From contig JAUPVS010000003.1 in assembly GCA_030916945.1 (NCBI GenBank), forward strand, positions 6,536 to 70,535: 64,000 nt of DNA. Direction: 5' to 3'. The stretch is from Patescibacteria group bacterium (lineage in GTDB: Bacteria > Patescibacteriota > Saccharimonadia > Saccharimonadales > JAUPVS01). This document shows positions 28,999 to 37,735 of the stretch, piece after piece (the first letter of the stretch is position 1; each line of letters starts with the position of its first letter). The position numbers and the translations under genes are program-made. Below the pieces are notes generated by a model. It searched no databases. It saw only the letters and a list, made by a program, of their open reading frames with translations, and was not told the DNA's origin.

Positions 28999-29769
28999 AT
29001 GCAACAGCTAACTGAATACAACGATGTCAACAAAGTCCTAGACTTGTTATCTACCGGGCTGCAAAGCCTGCTTGGAGATAACTTAGTCGGGCTTTATCTT
29101 ACAGGATCACTTACCTATGGGGGCTTTAACAGTGGCAGTAGTGATATAGATTTTCTAGCGGTTCTGAATAGCCAACTCACTGACGAACAATTTACCAAGA
29201 TCGAGGTTCTGCATTCAAAAATAGCCGAGCAAGTTCCTCACTGGGCTAAAAGCCTCGAGGGTTCATACATAACAAAGGCAATGCTGTCGAGTACTGATAA
29301 TCCAAAAGCTGAACGACCTTATGTTAATGGTGGCCGGGTTGTGCGCTGTGCATACGGTAATGAGTGGGTGATTAATCTGTACGCTCTTCAGGAGTGCGGG
29401 AAACTTATACTTGGAGAACCTCTCGATACTATTCTGCCTAGAGTCACTATTGATAAGGTTCGCCAAGCTTCCAAGAAAGACATGCTCGAGGACTGGACAC
29501 CTAAAATCGAAGACCCTAAGGCCTTTAAGCAACCACTTTATGACAGCGAGCACCTTAAGAACTATGCCGTGCTAACCATGTGTCGAATACTTCACAGGGC
29601 CAAGAACGACAATATGGCATCCAAGAAGGCTGCATCCCAATGGACCAAAGAAGCATACCCCCAATGGAAAGATTTGATTGAGCGCGCCGAACAATGGGAA
29701 CATGGCAAGCAGATGGGCGACGAAAGAGAAGTCAAAAACTTCATGAAGTTTACGTTAGCAGAGTTATAG
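28999..29769 (+). CDS. nucleotidyltransferase-domain protein (aminoglycoside adenylyltransferase ANT(3'')-like plus DUF4111-like C-terminus)
   Basis: 256 aa from MQQLTEYNDV. The pol-beta-type NTase motif is GSLTYGGFNSGSSDIDFLAV. The upstream extension in the ORF track overlaps the previous gene and is rejected. Confidence 0.65.
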   Translation: MQQLTEYNDVNKVLDLLSTGLQSLLGDNLVGLYLTGSLTYGGFNSGSSDIDFLAVLNSQLTDEQFTKIEVLHSKIAEQVPHWAKSLEGSYITKAMLSSTDNPKAERPYVNGGRVVRCAYGNEWVINLYALQECGKLILGEPLDTILPRVTIDKVRQASKKDMLEDWTPKIEDPKAFKQPLYDSEHLKNYAVLTMCRILHRAKNDNMASKKAASQWTKEAYPQWKDLIERAEQWEHGKQMGDEREVKNFMKFTLAEL

Positions 29770-29864
29770 CTAAAGCCTGTTTATCTGGCTGTATGTTCGC
29801 ACCACATTTACACTTTATGGATTGCCGAAAAGATAGAGCATTCCAGTGTCTGAAAGTTTGTTAT

Positions 29865-30371
29865 CTATAACTCCTTCTCTTTGTACTTTTGCCACTTGTC
29901 TGACTCGGCTCTTATCTCGCTCTCTAGCTCTTCTTGGCTTAGTCCATTTTCTGAAACGATAAAACTAATGTCATAGTCATCACCAAATATCTTTTGGCAG
30001 ATATATCGCTGTCTTTCGATTTGAAATTTTCCTGTGACAAACAATAATTTACGCCAGTGATTTTTATCGACGATTAGCTTTGAATATTCTGCATTCTCTT
30101 CGGTATCTCTGGCTCGTTCTTCCAATATTATTGCCGCTTCGGGTACGCCACTTTGTATTGCTATATCCGACATTGATTTTGCTTCCGTAATTATGGGCTG
30201 GTAGTTATGCGAATAAGAGACCTTGCCCGTAAAAATAATTTGTTCGGCGTTTTCGGATTTATAAAGCTCAGCTGCTTTTTTAGCACGGTTTATAGATTCT
30301 TTAGGGAGACTTCCATCTTGATAAACATCCCACCCCAACACAATAATCACGTCATACTTTGGCTGTTTCAT
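29865..30371 (-). CDS. DUF218 (YdcF/ElyC/SanA-like) domain protein
   Basis: 168 aa. DVIIVLGWDV...IIFTGK...EENAEYSK...LLFVTGKFQ matches the DUF218 layout. The gene is visibly AT-rich. Confidence 0.65.
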   Translation of the reverse strand: MKQPKYDVIIVLGWDVYQDGSLPKESINRAKKAAELYKSENAEQIIFTGKVSYSHNYQPIITEAKSMSDIAIQSGVPEAAIILEERARDTEENAEYSKLIVDKNHWRKLLFVTGKFQIERQRYICQKIFGDDYDISFIVSENGLSQEELESEIRAESDKWQKYKEKEL

Positions 30372-30491
30372 TAACGGTTATCGTATTTGTGTTTAGTCAT
30401 ATTAGCTACATTCTACTACACAGTTTCGTGATAATGGCACGAACTTCTGACCACTCCTATTCTTTTATATCTCGTAAGCTATACTTAACCT

Positions 30492-31211
30492 ATGACCATC
30501 GAAGAAAAAATTGAACGCTCGAAAAGCCAGGAAAGAATTGATTTTTCAAAATACCAATCCGCTGGGCAAGATGATCCGTTAGTAAAGCTTGAGGACAGTG
30601 AAAAAATTCTTGTTGAACCTTGCTGGACGGTTGATGGGGACTGGGAAGGCGAGCGCTACCGCGACTATATTGCCGATCACCCAGAGTACGACGGCGTTTA
30701 TGTGCGCACAGAGCTAGCAACCAGACTCCAAACAGCCGCCCAATCTCTTCCAAATAATTATCGTCTGGTCGTTCGAGCCGGACATCGCCCAATTGAAGTT
30801 CAAAGAAGAATCTTGATCGACTGTGCCGACGACTATAAAATCGACTACCCCGGAGCTTCTGATAAAGAAGCCCTGGAACACGCCCGAACATTCGTAAGTG
30901 ACCCCGACCTGACACTGCCACCACACGTTTGTGGAGCGGCCGTTGATGTTGAAGTGATGGACACCAAAGAAGGCAAGTTACTCGACTTTGGCAGCACGCT
31001 CAATGACGATAGCGAAAAATCATTCTTGTACTATCCGGACCTAACCAAGGAACAAAAAGACAATCGCCTCATGCTGGTAGCCGCCATGCTCAACGCCGGC
31101 TTGGCTAGCTGCAAACCTGAGTGGTGGCATTTTTCGTACGGCGATCAAGTCTGGGCCTGGTTTTATGAGTATGACCAGAGTCTGTATAGCCCAGTAGACG
31201 TTTTGTTATGA
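30492..31211 (+). CDS. D-alanyl-D-alanine dipeptidase (VanX/DdpX-type, peptidase M15D)
   Basis: The zinc and catalytic motifs are AGHRPIEVQ, PPHVCGAAVDV (H-x-x-G-x-A-x-D) and EWWHFSYGD. TATACT at 30480..30485 lies 6 nt before the ATG. Confidence 0.8.
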   Translation: MTIEEKIERSKSQERIDFSKYQSAGQDDPLVKLEDSEKILVEPCWTVDGDWEGERYRDYIADHPEYDGVYVRTELATRLQTAAQSLPNNYRLVVRAGHRPIEVQRRILIDCADDYKIDYPGASDKEALEHARTFVSDPDLTLPPHVCGAAVDVEVMDTKEGKLLDFGSTLNDDSEKSFLYYPDLTKEQKDNRLMLVAAMLNAGLASCKPEWWHFSYGDQVWAWFYEYDQSLYSPVDVLL

Positions 31212-31218
31212 TATAGCC

Positions 31219-31725
31219 ATGAATGTCCAAGTTATCCAATTGCATATTAGCGCCTATAGATTCGATGGCTCGACCAATCCATATACAGAGCCTCACGGCA
31301 AGGCACCAATTACTCTCAAAGACTTAGCTCAAATTATTTCAAACAAAATTAGTGAGTTAAAGGGTCCAAAAACAATGCTGGTTCGTGGCGTGCAGTCAGG
31401 TAAGCACAGCATCACCAAGTCCGAGCTAATTGCGCTTATAAAAGAAAACGGCAGTGAATACAGCAACTCGGACGAGCCAAATACTATTTTTGCGGCTCCC
31501 TATGACCAACACGCAGTTGAGCATATACTGGAAGGTTTTCATAAATATAAACCTAAGAGCGATGAAAGCCCGCAGCAGTCAATTGACTTATGGTTGATAT
31601 ATAATGCCCGGGCGTACAAAAATGTTCCATACCAACACCCCCGTCACAATGTAGAGGCCAAAGATAAATGGCAAAGGCTATCGCCACAAGAATCTGGTTT
31701 AATTGCGCTAATCGTTCTCAATTAA
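31219..31725 (+). CDS. hypothetical protein (168 aa)
   Basis: Clean ORF. TATGAT at 31207..31212 lies 6 nt before the ATG. No family recognised. Confidence 0.45.
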   Translation: MNVQVIQLHISAYRFDGSTNPYTEPHGKAPITLKDLAQIISNKISELKGPKTMLVRGVQSGKHSITKSELIALIKENGSEYSNSDEPNTIFAAPYDQHAVEHILEGFHKYKPKSDESPQQSIDLWLIYNARAYKNVPYQHPRHNVEAKDKWQRLSPQESGLIALIVLN

Positions 31726-31788
31726 TTGGCTCTGCGACAGCAACAACGTCAATTTACTTTTCTTCTTTTTTATTATATTATTAGCTTT

Positions 31789-32295
31789 ATGTCAGAGCTC
31801 ATAAGTGACCTACATCTATCACGAAGCCAGGCGACGGTTCTGGATAACGAGAACGTACAACGCTTCACGACCTTCATGCGTGCCAAGTGCAGTCAAGCTC
31901 TTGGTAAGGCCTGTGGACTAGAAGTTACTGCCTCACAAACAGACCAAACCGCCTGTGTTAGTTGCGCCGGGTGTGCAGCTCCAGCAGCACATTCTTTGTC
32001 AGCGCGCGAGCTCCCTAATTTTGCCAATGCTTTAATATTGAACTCAGACCTGGTTGAAGAACCCGACCCCAGCGTCAATCTGTCTCAACTAAAAATGGTT
32101 GAAGCGCTTGATTCTGCCATTAACGAAGAGCATCGTGGAGCAGTTATGCTTGGCCGCGCAGCCACCGTTATCGAGCCAACAGGTTACGTTCGTGTGCTAG
32201 CTGATAGCCGAATACTGTTTCCCGTTACGAACCTAGAATGCCAGGGTGGATCAATCGATCCTGGCGTGCCAGTACTAATTGATTTTCCCGCCTAG
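31789..32295 (+). CDS. hypothetical protein (168 aa) with a Cys cluster
   Basis: The start is set at ATG 31789 (TATTAT at 31776..31781, 7 nt upstream). Cys cluster: CSQALGKACGLEVTASQTDQTACVSCAGC. Confidence 0.4.
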   Translation: MSELISDLHLSRSQATVLDNENVQRFTTFMRAKCSQALGKACGLEVTASQTDQTACVSCAGCAAPAAHSLSARELPNFANALILNSDLVEEPDPSVNLSQLKMVEALDSAINEEHRGAVMLGRAATVIEPTGYVRVLADSRILFPVTNLECQGGSIDPGVPVLIDFPA

Positions 32296-32320
32296 ACAGC
32301 GTATTTGTTATACTGCCCGA

Positions 32321-32905
32321 ATGCGCAAGCTAAAAGAACCGTCTACACCACTACCAGCCCTAATCATAGATAGCCCACGTGACATAAAGGTCGATCTAGA
32401 AGGAGTGGTTGACGTTATGGCCTCGCTTGGCCTTTCAGAAAAAACCATTGCCAATACAACACTCTACATAGACAATCATCGCCACATCACCATTCTCGGT
32501 TCGGTTTGGCCAAAATACTTGTCGCGGCTGCGCTACCCACGCTTAAAGCCAACTGGTAGTGTTATTCGCTTGAGCCGCCGGCTCTACTTTACTGGCCCGA
32601 CCTACAAAACCATCAATCACACCCTGGTCCACGAAATTGAACATGCTGCCCAAATCCAACGTAAAGATCCGCGCCTGTTAATCGGCTATCTAACTCAAGT
32701 TGTTGGCGTTGGCGCTGGTATCGCGCTGGGCCTTACCAACCAGTCTGATGTGATCGTATTCAAAGTTATGATACTTTTCATAACCGCACTGTTTGGGTTG
32801 TATGCCGGCTACATGTTTTCGCTGCACGAGATGCAAGCCCGCAAACGATCCATCGGCTACAAACTCAAACAACCACTTATTCAGAAAATTGACTCTGTTA
32901 TCTAA
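32321..32905 (+). CDS. HExxH-motif membrane protein (putative zinc metalloprotease-like)
   Basis: 194 aa from MRKLKEPS (TATACT at 32309..32314, 6 nt upstream). HTLVHEIEHAAQ contains HEIEH. Two C-terminal TM segments. Confidence 0.45.
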   Translation: MRKLKEPSTPLPALIIDSPRDIKVDLEGVVDVMASLGLSEKTIANTTLYIDNHRHITILGSVWPKYLSRLRYPRLKPTGSVIRLSRRLYFTGPTYKTINHTLVHEIEHAAQIQRKDPRLLIGYLTQVVGVGAGIALGLTNQSDVIVFKVMILFITALFGLYAGYMFSLHEMQARKRSIGYKLKQPLIQKIDSVI

Positions 32906-32924
32906 ATGTTTTATTATATCGTTT

Positions 32925-33668
32925 ATGTCTACTCCTTTTTCTGATCAGTTAAATTGTATGGAAAGAATTCGAACGCAAGAGCTCGCAGAGCCTTTTGATA
33001 GAGATGATGTGATCCAAGCATTTGTGTCTCTTACCGATCAGCTTCTGAATAGGTTCATCGACTATGATTTTGTATTAGTCGAGGACACCTCTGGGCGTAT
33101 CCCTGGCTTGGTAATAGGAAAAGTTGCCGCCAACACTAGGGAAGAGTTGGGCCTTGAAAGACCGCAAGTAAAATTTGTTGGCGGGTCTAAGCTTAGCGAC
33201 ACAATTACCTTGCCCACGAATTTTATACCGCCCCAAACGGTGCCAAGCGCGCGAGCACTAATCGTCACTGAAGGGGTATTTACCGGTAAGCAAGCCAGTA
33301 AATTAGCAAACCTTTTTGCCGGCAATCGTGCATCAGAATTTGTCGATATAGCCGCTTTAGGTTCATACTCAGAATTTGCCGACATTCCTGCAGGAGTCAG
33401 CCTCTACAAAGGCGCAAGAGAGAAGGAAGGCGGCAGAGCCGTGGCTGATGCGTTTTACTATAATCGAGCCATCAAAGGCGTAACAAAACACTCAGTTAAT
33501 CGTACGCCATTTGCCACTCCTGACAGGTCTGGTTCAAGCGCAAAACGTCGTGTAAGACACGATGCTTCTGTGGTGGCCGCCCAACTTACTGAACTCGTGT
33601 TAGACGGGCTCATGGCACCGCCGCCCTATCCAGAAGTTACACCAGAAGTATCAAAAGTACTCGTGTAA
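32925..33668 (+). CDS. hypothetical protein with phosphoribosyltransferase-like motifs
   Basis: 247 aa from MSTPFSDQ (TATTAT at 32912..32917, 7 nt upstream). FVLVEDTSGRIPGLVIG and ARALIVTEGVFTGKQA resemble type-I PRTase loops. The assignment is weak. Confidence 0.4.
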   Translation: MSTPFSDQLNCMERIRTQELAEPFDRDDVIQAFVSLTDQLLNRFIDYDFVLVEDTSGRIPGLVIGKVAANTREELGLERPQVKFVGGSKLSDTITLPTNFIPPQTVPSARALIVTEGVFTGKQASKLANLFAGNRASEFVDIAALGSYSEFADIPAGVSLYKGAREKEGGRAVADAFYYNRAIKGVTKHSVNRTPFATPDRSGSSAKRRVRHDASVVAAQLTELVLDGLMAPPPYPEVTPEVSKVLV

Positions 33669-33716
33669 CCCAAAATCGGCACAGTACACTAAGAGTAGTT
33701 TTGCTATACTTCCCGC

Positions 33717-34193
33717 ATGAGCGACGCTATAAACATTGAGGAACTAAAAGCTTTTCTAATTCGCGCCAATGTGCCGCATGCCACTGGCACGGCGCAAACT
33801 AAAACGGAGGCCGACAAATCCCGCACCATCGAATTTGCCGAAGGCGATTATCGTATGCACGACAATTTCTTTGGTGGCGAACCTTACGGCGGCCGCCTGG
33901 TCATATTCCATAAAGAACAGCCTGTGTTTATGGAAGTCTACTATGGCCAAACCACCAAACCAGCCGACAAGGTCTATGGCTTCTTGCGCGAAGCCCTGCA
34001 ACATCCCGGACCTAACAACCCTTACCGCGGTCCGGCCGAATACACCAAAGGCGAGTTAACATACAAAAGCACCGTAAGCGGCGACATGGCTAGTCACACT
34101 GTTAAGGAGTGGATCTACAAGAATAACCAAGAAATCTATTGGGCCGTTGTTGTAGGCGGACTGGTCGACCAGAATGCCCAAGGGGCCATGTAG
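33717..34193 (+). CDS. hypothetical protein (DUF5680-like pattern)
   Basis: 158 aa with FAEGDYRMHDNFFGGEPYGGRLVIFHKEQPVFMEVYYGQ. The family assignment is from memory only. TATACT at 33705..33710 lies 6 nt upstream. Confidence 0.45.
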   Translation: MSDAINIEELKAFLIRANVPHATGTAQTKTEADKSRTIEFAEGDYRMHDNFFGGEPYGGRLVIFHKEQPVFMEVYYGQTTKPADKVYGFLREALQHPGPNNPYRGPAEYTKGELTYKSTVSGDMASHTVKEWIYKNNQEIYWAVVVGGLVDQNAQGAM

Positions 34194-34199
34194 CTCTGT

Positions 34200-34631
34200 T
34201 TACTTAGTCTCGGCCAGTTCTTTGATTCGTTCCATGGCCTTAGGGTAGTTGGCTGTAAAGTAGTCTTCCTGTTCGGGCGGAACATCAAAGGCTACCGTCA
34301 ATGTGGTGCTGCCGGTTTGCTCGGTTAGAGTGTAGCTTTCGGCTCCGCCAGTCCATTCTTTGGCTCGTTCTTGTTTCCCTTTATCTTGAGTGTCGGCACT
34401 GTGTCGCAACTGCAAAAATTCACCAGTCACAAGTTTTTCGACCAGGCTGGTGACGCCATAGCCGTTACCAGAGATAAACTGAACTTCATTTCCTTCTTTC
34501 AGCTCACCAACCATATATGTCCCCGGATCAATCATGCCGGCCCAGTCACGCAAGGTTGCATCTTGCCATAAAGTGTCCCAAACTTTTTGCTTGGCGGCTT
34601 TTATTTGGGTAGTGAAGTGCAATTCTTTCAT
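34200..34631 (-). CDS. SRPBCC/AHSA1-family protein
   Basis: 143 aa with FTTQIKAAKQKVWDTLWQDATLRDWAG, typical of the family. A minus-strand TAGAAT (34643..34638) lies 6 nt before the ATG. Confidence 0.7.
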   Translation of the reverse strand: MKELHFTTQIKAAKQKVWDTLWQDATLRDWAGMIDPGTYMVGELKEGNEVQFISGNGYGVTSLVEKLVTGEFLQLRHSADTQDKGKQERAKEWTGGAESYTLTEQTGSTTLTVAFDVPPEQEDYFTANYPKAMERIKELAETK

Positions 34632-34755
34632 GGCTTTATTCTAACATCCTAAGGAATACTTTATGTACCGGCAGACTACTAGAAATTTTCAGCTTGTAGT
34701 ACCGCCTTAGCCACAAGCATTTTCCTAATTTACTTAGTTATTGTATGATCACGCT

Positions 34756-34962
34756 ATGAAGTTTGAAAACTTATTGTCTAGAATTGATGCCACTATAACC
34801 CCCCGTGAAATTAGGGTTAGCAAAGACCTGGCCGAAGTGGTTGATTTGTCTTCCGAATTAACCGTTGAACAAATCCAGGAGGCATTTAGTGAGGCCTACG
34901 ACGATCCCACCAAAGACAGCATCGTCGACCCCTCGTCTCCATACTATGTTCCAGAGCCGTAA
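34756..34962 (+). CDS. small acidic hypothetical protein (68 aa)
   Basis: ATG 34756 is preferred over TTG 34741 (TATGAT at 34744..34749, 6 nt upstream). Confidence 0.35.
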   Translation: MKFENLLSRIDATITPREIRVSKDLAEVVDLSSELTVEQIQEAFSEAYDDPTKDSIVDPSSPYYVPEP

Positions 34963-35007
34963 TCGCTTGAGCTTGCTTTTAACAATAATCAATGTCTATT
35001 ATTAACC

Positions 35008-35496
35008 ATGCCTATAGTTGAACCACCGATTTATGGATTTTACGATGGTCGCCTAGAGCCACCTTCCAACGAAGATTTTCAGGAGTTCTGTACACTTAGA
35101 ATGCGGGCGGAACGGTTCTGCGACCTTGCCGGCCAAGTTCTAGAACAAGCTGAAGAGGGCCGTACAACCGGCATTACTTTTAACTTTTCGGCTTCTGTCC
35201 TGAGTGGTCTGCGTTTTGCCTTTATGTATCATGACTCGTTTAATAAGCTGGGTCTACCTTATGAAATGTCACCGGACGGTGGTCGCGACGCTTGGGAGCA
35301 AAGAACACTACCCAGTGGTCATGGCTTGCCGCTAGACGAATTGGCGGTCACGGTACGCGGCGATAAGGATTACGATATCAAGGGTCACGGCGAACTTGAC
35401 GGCGGCTTAGTAATGGTAGATTTTGAAAGCCTTACAGACATGTACTCAAAAGTAGCTCTAACGCTAAGACATTTTGACCCGCTGGATTCTAACTAG
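35008..35496 (+). CDS. hypothetical protein (162 aa)
   Basis: Clean ORF with TATTAT at 34997..35002 just upstream. No family recognised. Confidence 0.45.
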   Translation: MPIVEPPIYGFYDGRLEPPSNEDFQEFCTLRMRAERFCDLAGQVLEQAEEGRTTGITFNFSASVLSGLRFAFMYHDSFNKLGLPYEMSPDGGRDAWEQRTLPSGHGLPLDELAVTVRGDKDYDIKGHGELDGGLVMVDFESLTDMYSKVALTLRHFDPLDSN

Positions 35497-35499
35497 TTT

Positions 35500-36126
35500 A
35501 TGACGAAGTACGACTTGGTACGTGAAGATTACGACAACGTCGACACTGGCTTTCATAATAGCTACGATTCTACCCAAGAATTTTCCAGCGCGATTAACAG
35601 TTTCTGTAGCCGGCTCTCGGCCGACGCCAACATCCTTAACGTTGGCGGCACCACTTCGGAATGCAATTACTTTCTGCAACAACACCTAAACGTCACAAAC
35701 ATTGATATCAGCCAGGCCATGCTTGACCAGATCAGCAATAACGTAAACCAGGTTAAGCTCGTAAACGGTAACATCAAAGACTATGTTTCACCCGTATTCG
35801 ACGGTGTTTGGGCCTGCCGATCGCTTATTCATATTCCACCCCCAGACATCAATGAGGTACTTAAGAATATTTGCAGACTAACAAAACCGGGTGGCGTTTT
35901 TGGCGCCGTCTTCTTTGTTTCTTCAACCAACCAAATTGTTGAAGAAGAGCAACCCGAACGGCACACCACTAAAGCAGGCATAAAGTTTTACCGTGCTCTA
36001 TATCCACCAACAGTAATTAAATCAAAAATCGAACAAGCTGGTTTTTCGATCCTAAGAGTAGATAGTTACCTAGACCGCGACAAAGAGGGTGTTATCTATA
36101 TAGAAGCCGTACCGCGCCCACTTTGA
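35500..36126 (+). CDS. class I SAM-dependent methyltransferase
   Basis: Motif I-like ILNVGGTTS, and post-I/II and motif III-like LKNICRLTKPGGVFGAVFF. It starts 4 nt after the upstream stop. Confidence 0.7.
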   Translation: MTKYDLVREDYDNVDTGFHNSYDSTQEFSSAINSFCSRLSADANILNVGGTTSECNYFLQQHLNVTNIDISQAMLDQISNNVNQVKLVNGNIKDYVSPVFDGVWACRSLIHIPPPDINEVLKNICRLTKPGGVFGAVFFVSSTNQIVEEEQPERHTTKAGIKFYRALYPPTVIKSKIEQAGFSILRVDSYLDRDKEGVIYIEAVPRPL

Positions 36127-36131
36127 TATTA

Positions 36132-37556
36132 CTAAACGCCAATTATATGGCGGCATGCAATAGTAGCTACTGTGCCCGGCACTTGAGCCATAATTCCAGG
36201 AATAACCGCCGCATTAGGGTTTCGGCGGCTGGCAGCAACTGCACCGATTGCAAAAACATTAGAGAGGTAGCCTTCATTAAGGGTAGCCACCGCTCCATCG
36301 CAGGGTCGTATAGCCGGCTCGCCACTCTTTTTACCAATCAGCGCATCAATTTCATTAAATAACCGTCCGTCGCGTTGGTAACCAATTAAAGCAAACAGGT
36401 GTGGTTGCTGGAGCTTTATATTTATTCTTGTGCCGCCAATATTCAGAGTATGATCAGCCTCATCATAAATCAAAGTTCGTGCGTCGGTGACAACCAGTTC
36501 TTGCGCCAGCATACGCGAGTAGGTTTGAGCATCACGATCGATATCACCACTAATTCCCGTTAAATAGCTCTTGGCTGGATTCCTAAATAGCGGCCTATCA
36601 CCATCAACCGAGCGAGTCGGATTCTTAACGGCCTGTCTAGAATGGTGAGTGACTACCACGTAGGGAACTGTTTGTAGAGTTCGGTCTTCAAACTCATGGA
36701 TCTGCCGCAACATGGCAATAGTACTATTGCCTAACCCAAGCAGCACAATCGGACGCCCGTTGGACAATTCTTCTTCGGACAAACTACGTTGGTGACGTTC
36801 TATAATTAGTTCGTCGGAAGACAACTCGCCAAGATCGTCTAGGTTTGATCACATGCGTGTGCCATCAATAGGGCGTGGTTCGGTCGCTCCCTGAGCAAAA
36901 ACTAAATAATCACTCTTTAGCTTGGTGCCTTCCTTTGTAATTGCACGCCAGCTACCCTGTGGCTTCCGTTTAGCAGTAGCCAACTCGTCTGCAAGAACAC
37001 GCACATTAGATAGATGGACCGCGGCCACGCCTTGAAGAAAAGTTTCCATACGCCAACCCTCACGATCAGAAATTCCCAATTTACCCTTGCGCCCAAACTT
37101 TAATGCCCGTGGGTTATTAAATCCACCGCTCTGGGCCCACTGCTCGCGCCACATACCGCCTAGGCTTCCTCTTGGATCGACCATTGTAATATTATCAGGT
37201 GATGCGCCACGAATTTTAAGATAGCTGGCCAGTAAAATCGAGGCGGCACCAGCACCGGCAAACACAAACCGACGGTTGGCGAGACCTTCATAATATTCAT
37301 CTGTATCATATGGCATGTCTAGTAAACTAGCGCGAGGTGTCGGTACATCATTATTTGGTGGTAGCACATCATCGCGAAGTGCGTTATTAACGTACCAACG
37401 CTGAATCAGAGCATCCCTGCCAATTGCCAAACCTATATCGGCGCCTAGGGCATCAACATCATTGTCTCTAAGCGAGTAGGCACTGGGGTAATAAGCTGCC
37501 TCGGCCAAGCGCCAGGCTACTTCATAATCTTCTTGTTGATACGGGGAATACGCCAT
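36132..37556 (-). pseudogene. two-dinucleotide-binding-domain flavoprotein (FMO / N-hydroxylating monooxygenase-like) interrupted by a single in-frame TGA (36851..36849)
   Basis: The N-terminal ORF (36849..37556) has the FAD motif FVFAGAGAAS. The C-terminal ORF (36132..36824) has a second Rossmann motif, IVLLGLGNST, and VFAIGAV. I translated the junction by hand as ...GTRM-TGA-SNLDDLGELSSDE, all in one frame. Confidence 0.55.
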
Positions 37557-37735
37557 GATTGCGACAGTATATTACAATCAATAGCTATTTACAATTGTTT
37601 GCTTCTATTGTGTTGGTATCGTGAGATGCTTCCGGCAGCCCATTAGCCAACGTCTTGCTATAATACATTCATGCAGACCGTCCTTCAACAGGTGCCACCC
37701 GGCGTACGTTTATTTAAGAAACTGGGGTATTAGCT

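Noticed and set aside
28999-29769. I considered calling the ANT-like nucleotidyltransferase a bona fide aminoglycoside resistance gene or integron cassette.
   Set aside because: Only the generic NTase motif and overall layout are visible. No attC site, integrase or resistance-island context is present, so the substrate cannot be inferred from sequence alone.
36849-36851. I considered genome-wide UGA reassignment (genetic code 25 or 4) as the explanation for the in-frame TGA.
   Set aside because: TGA functions as the stop in several tightly coupled junctions (5998-6000, 39762-39764, 42730-42732). Reading through those would fuse unrelated proteins.
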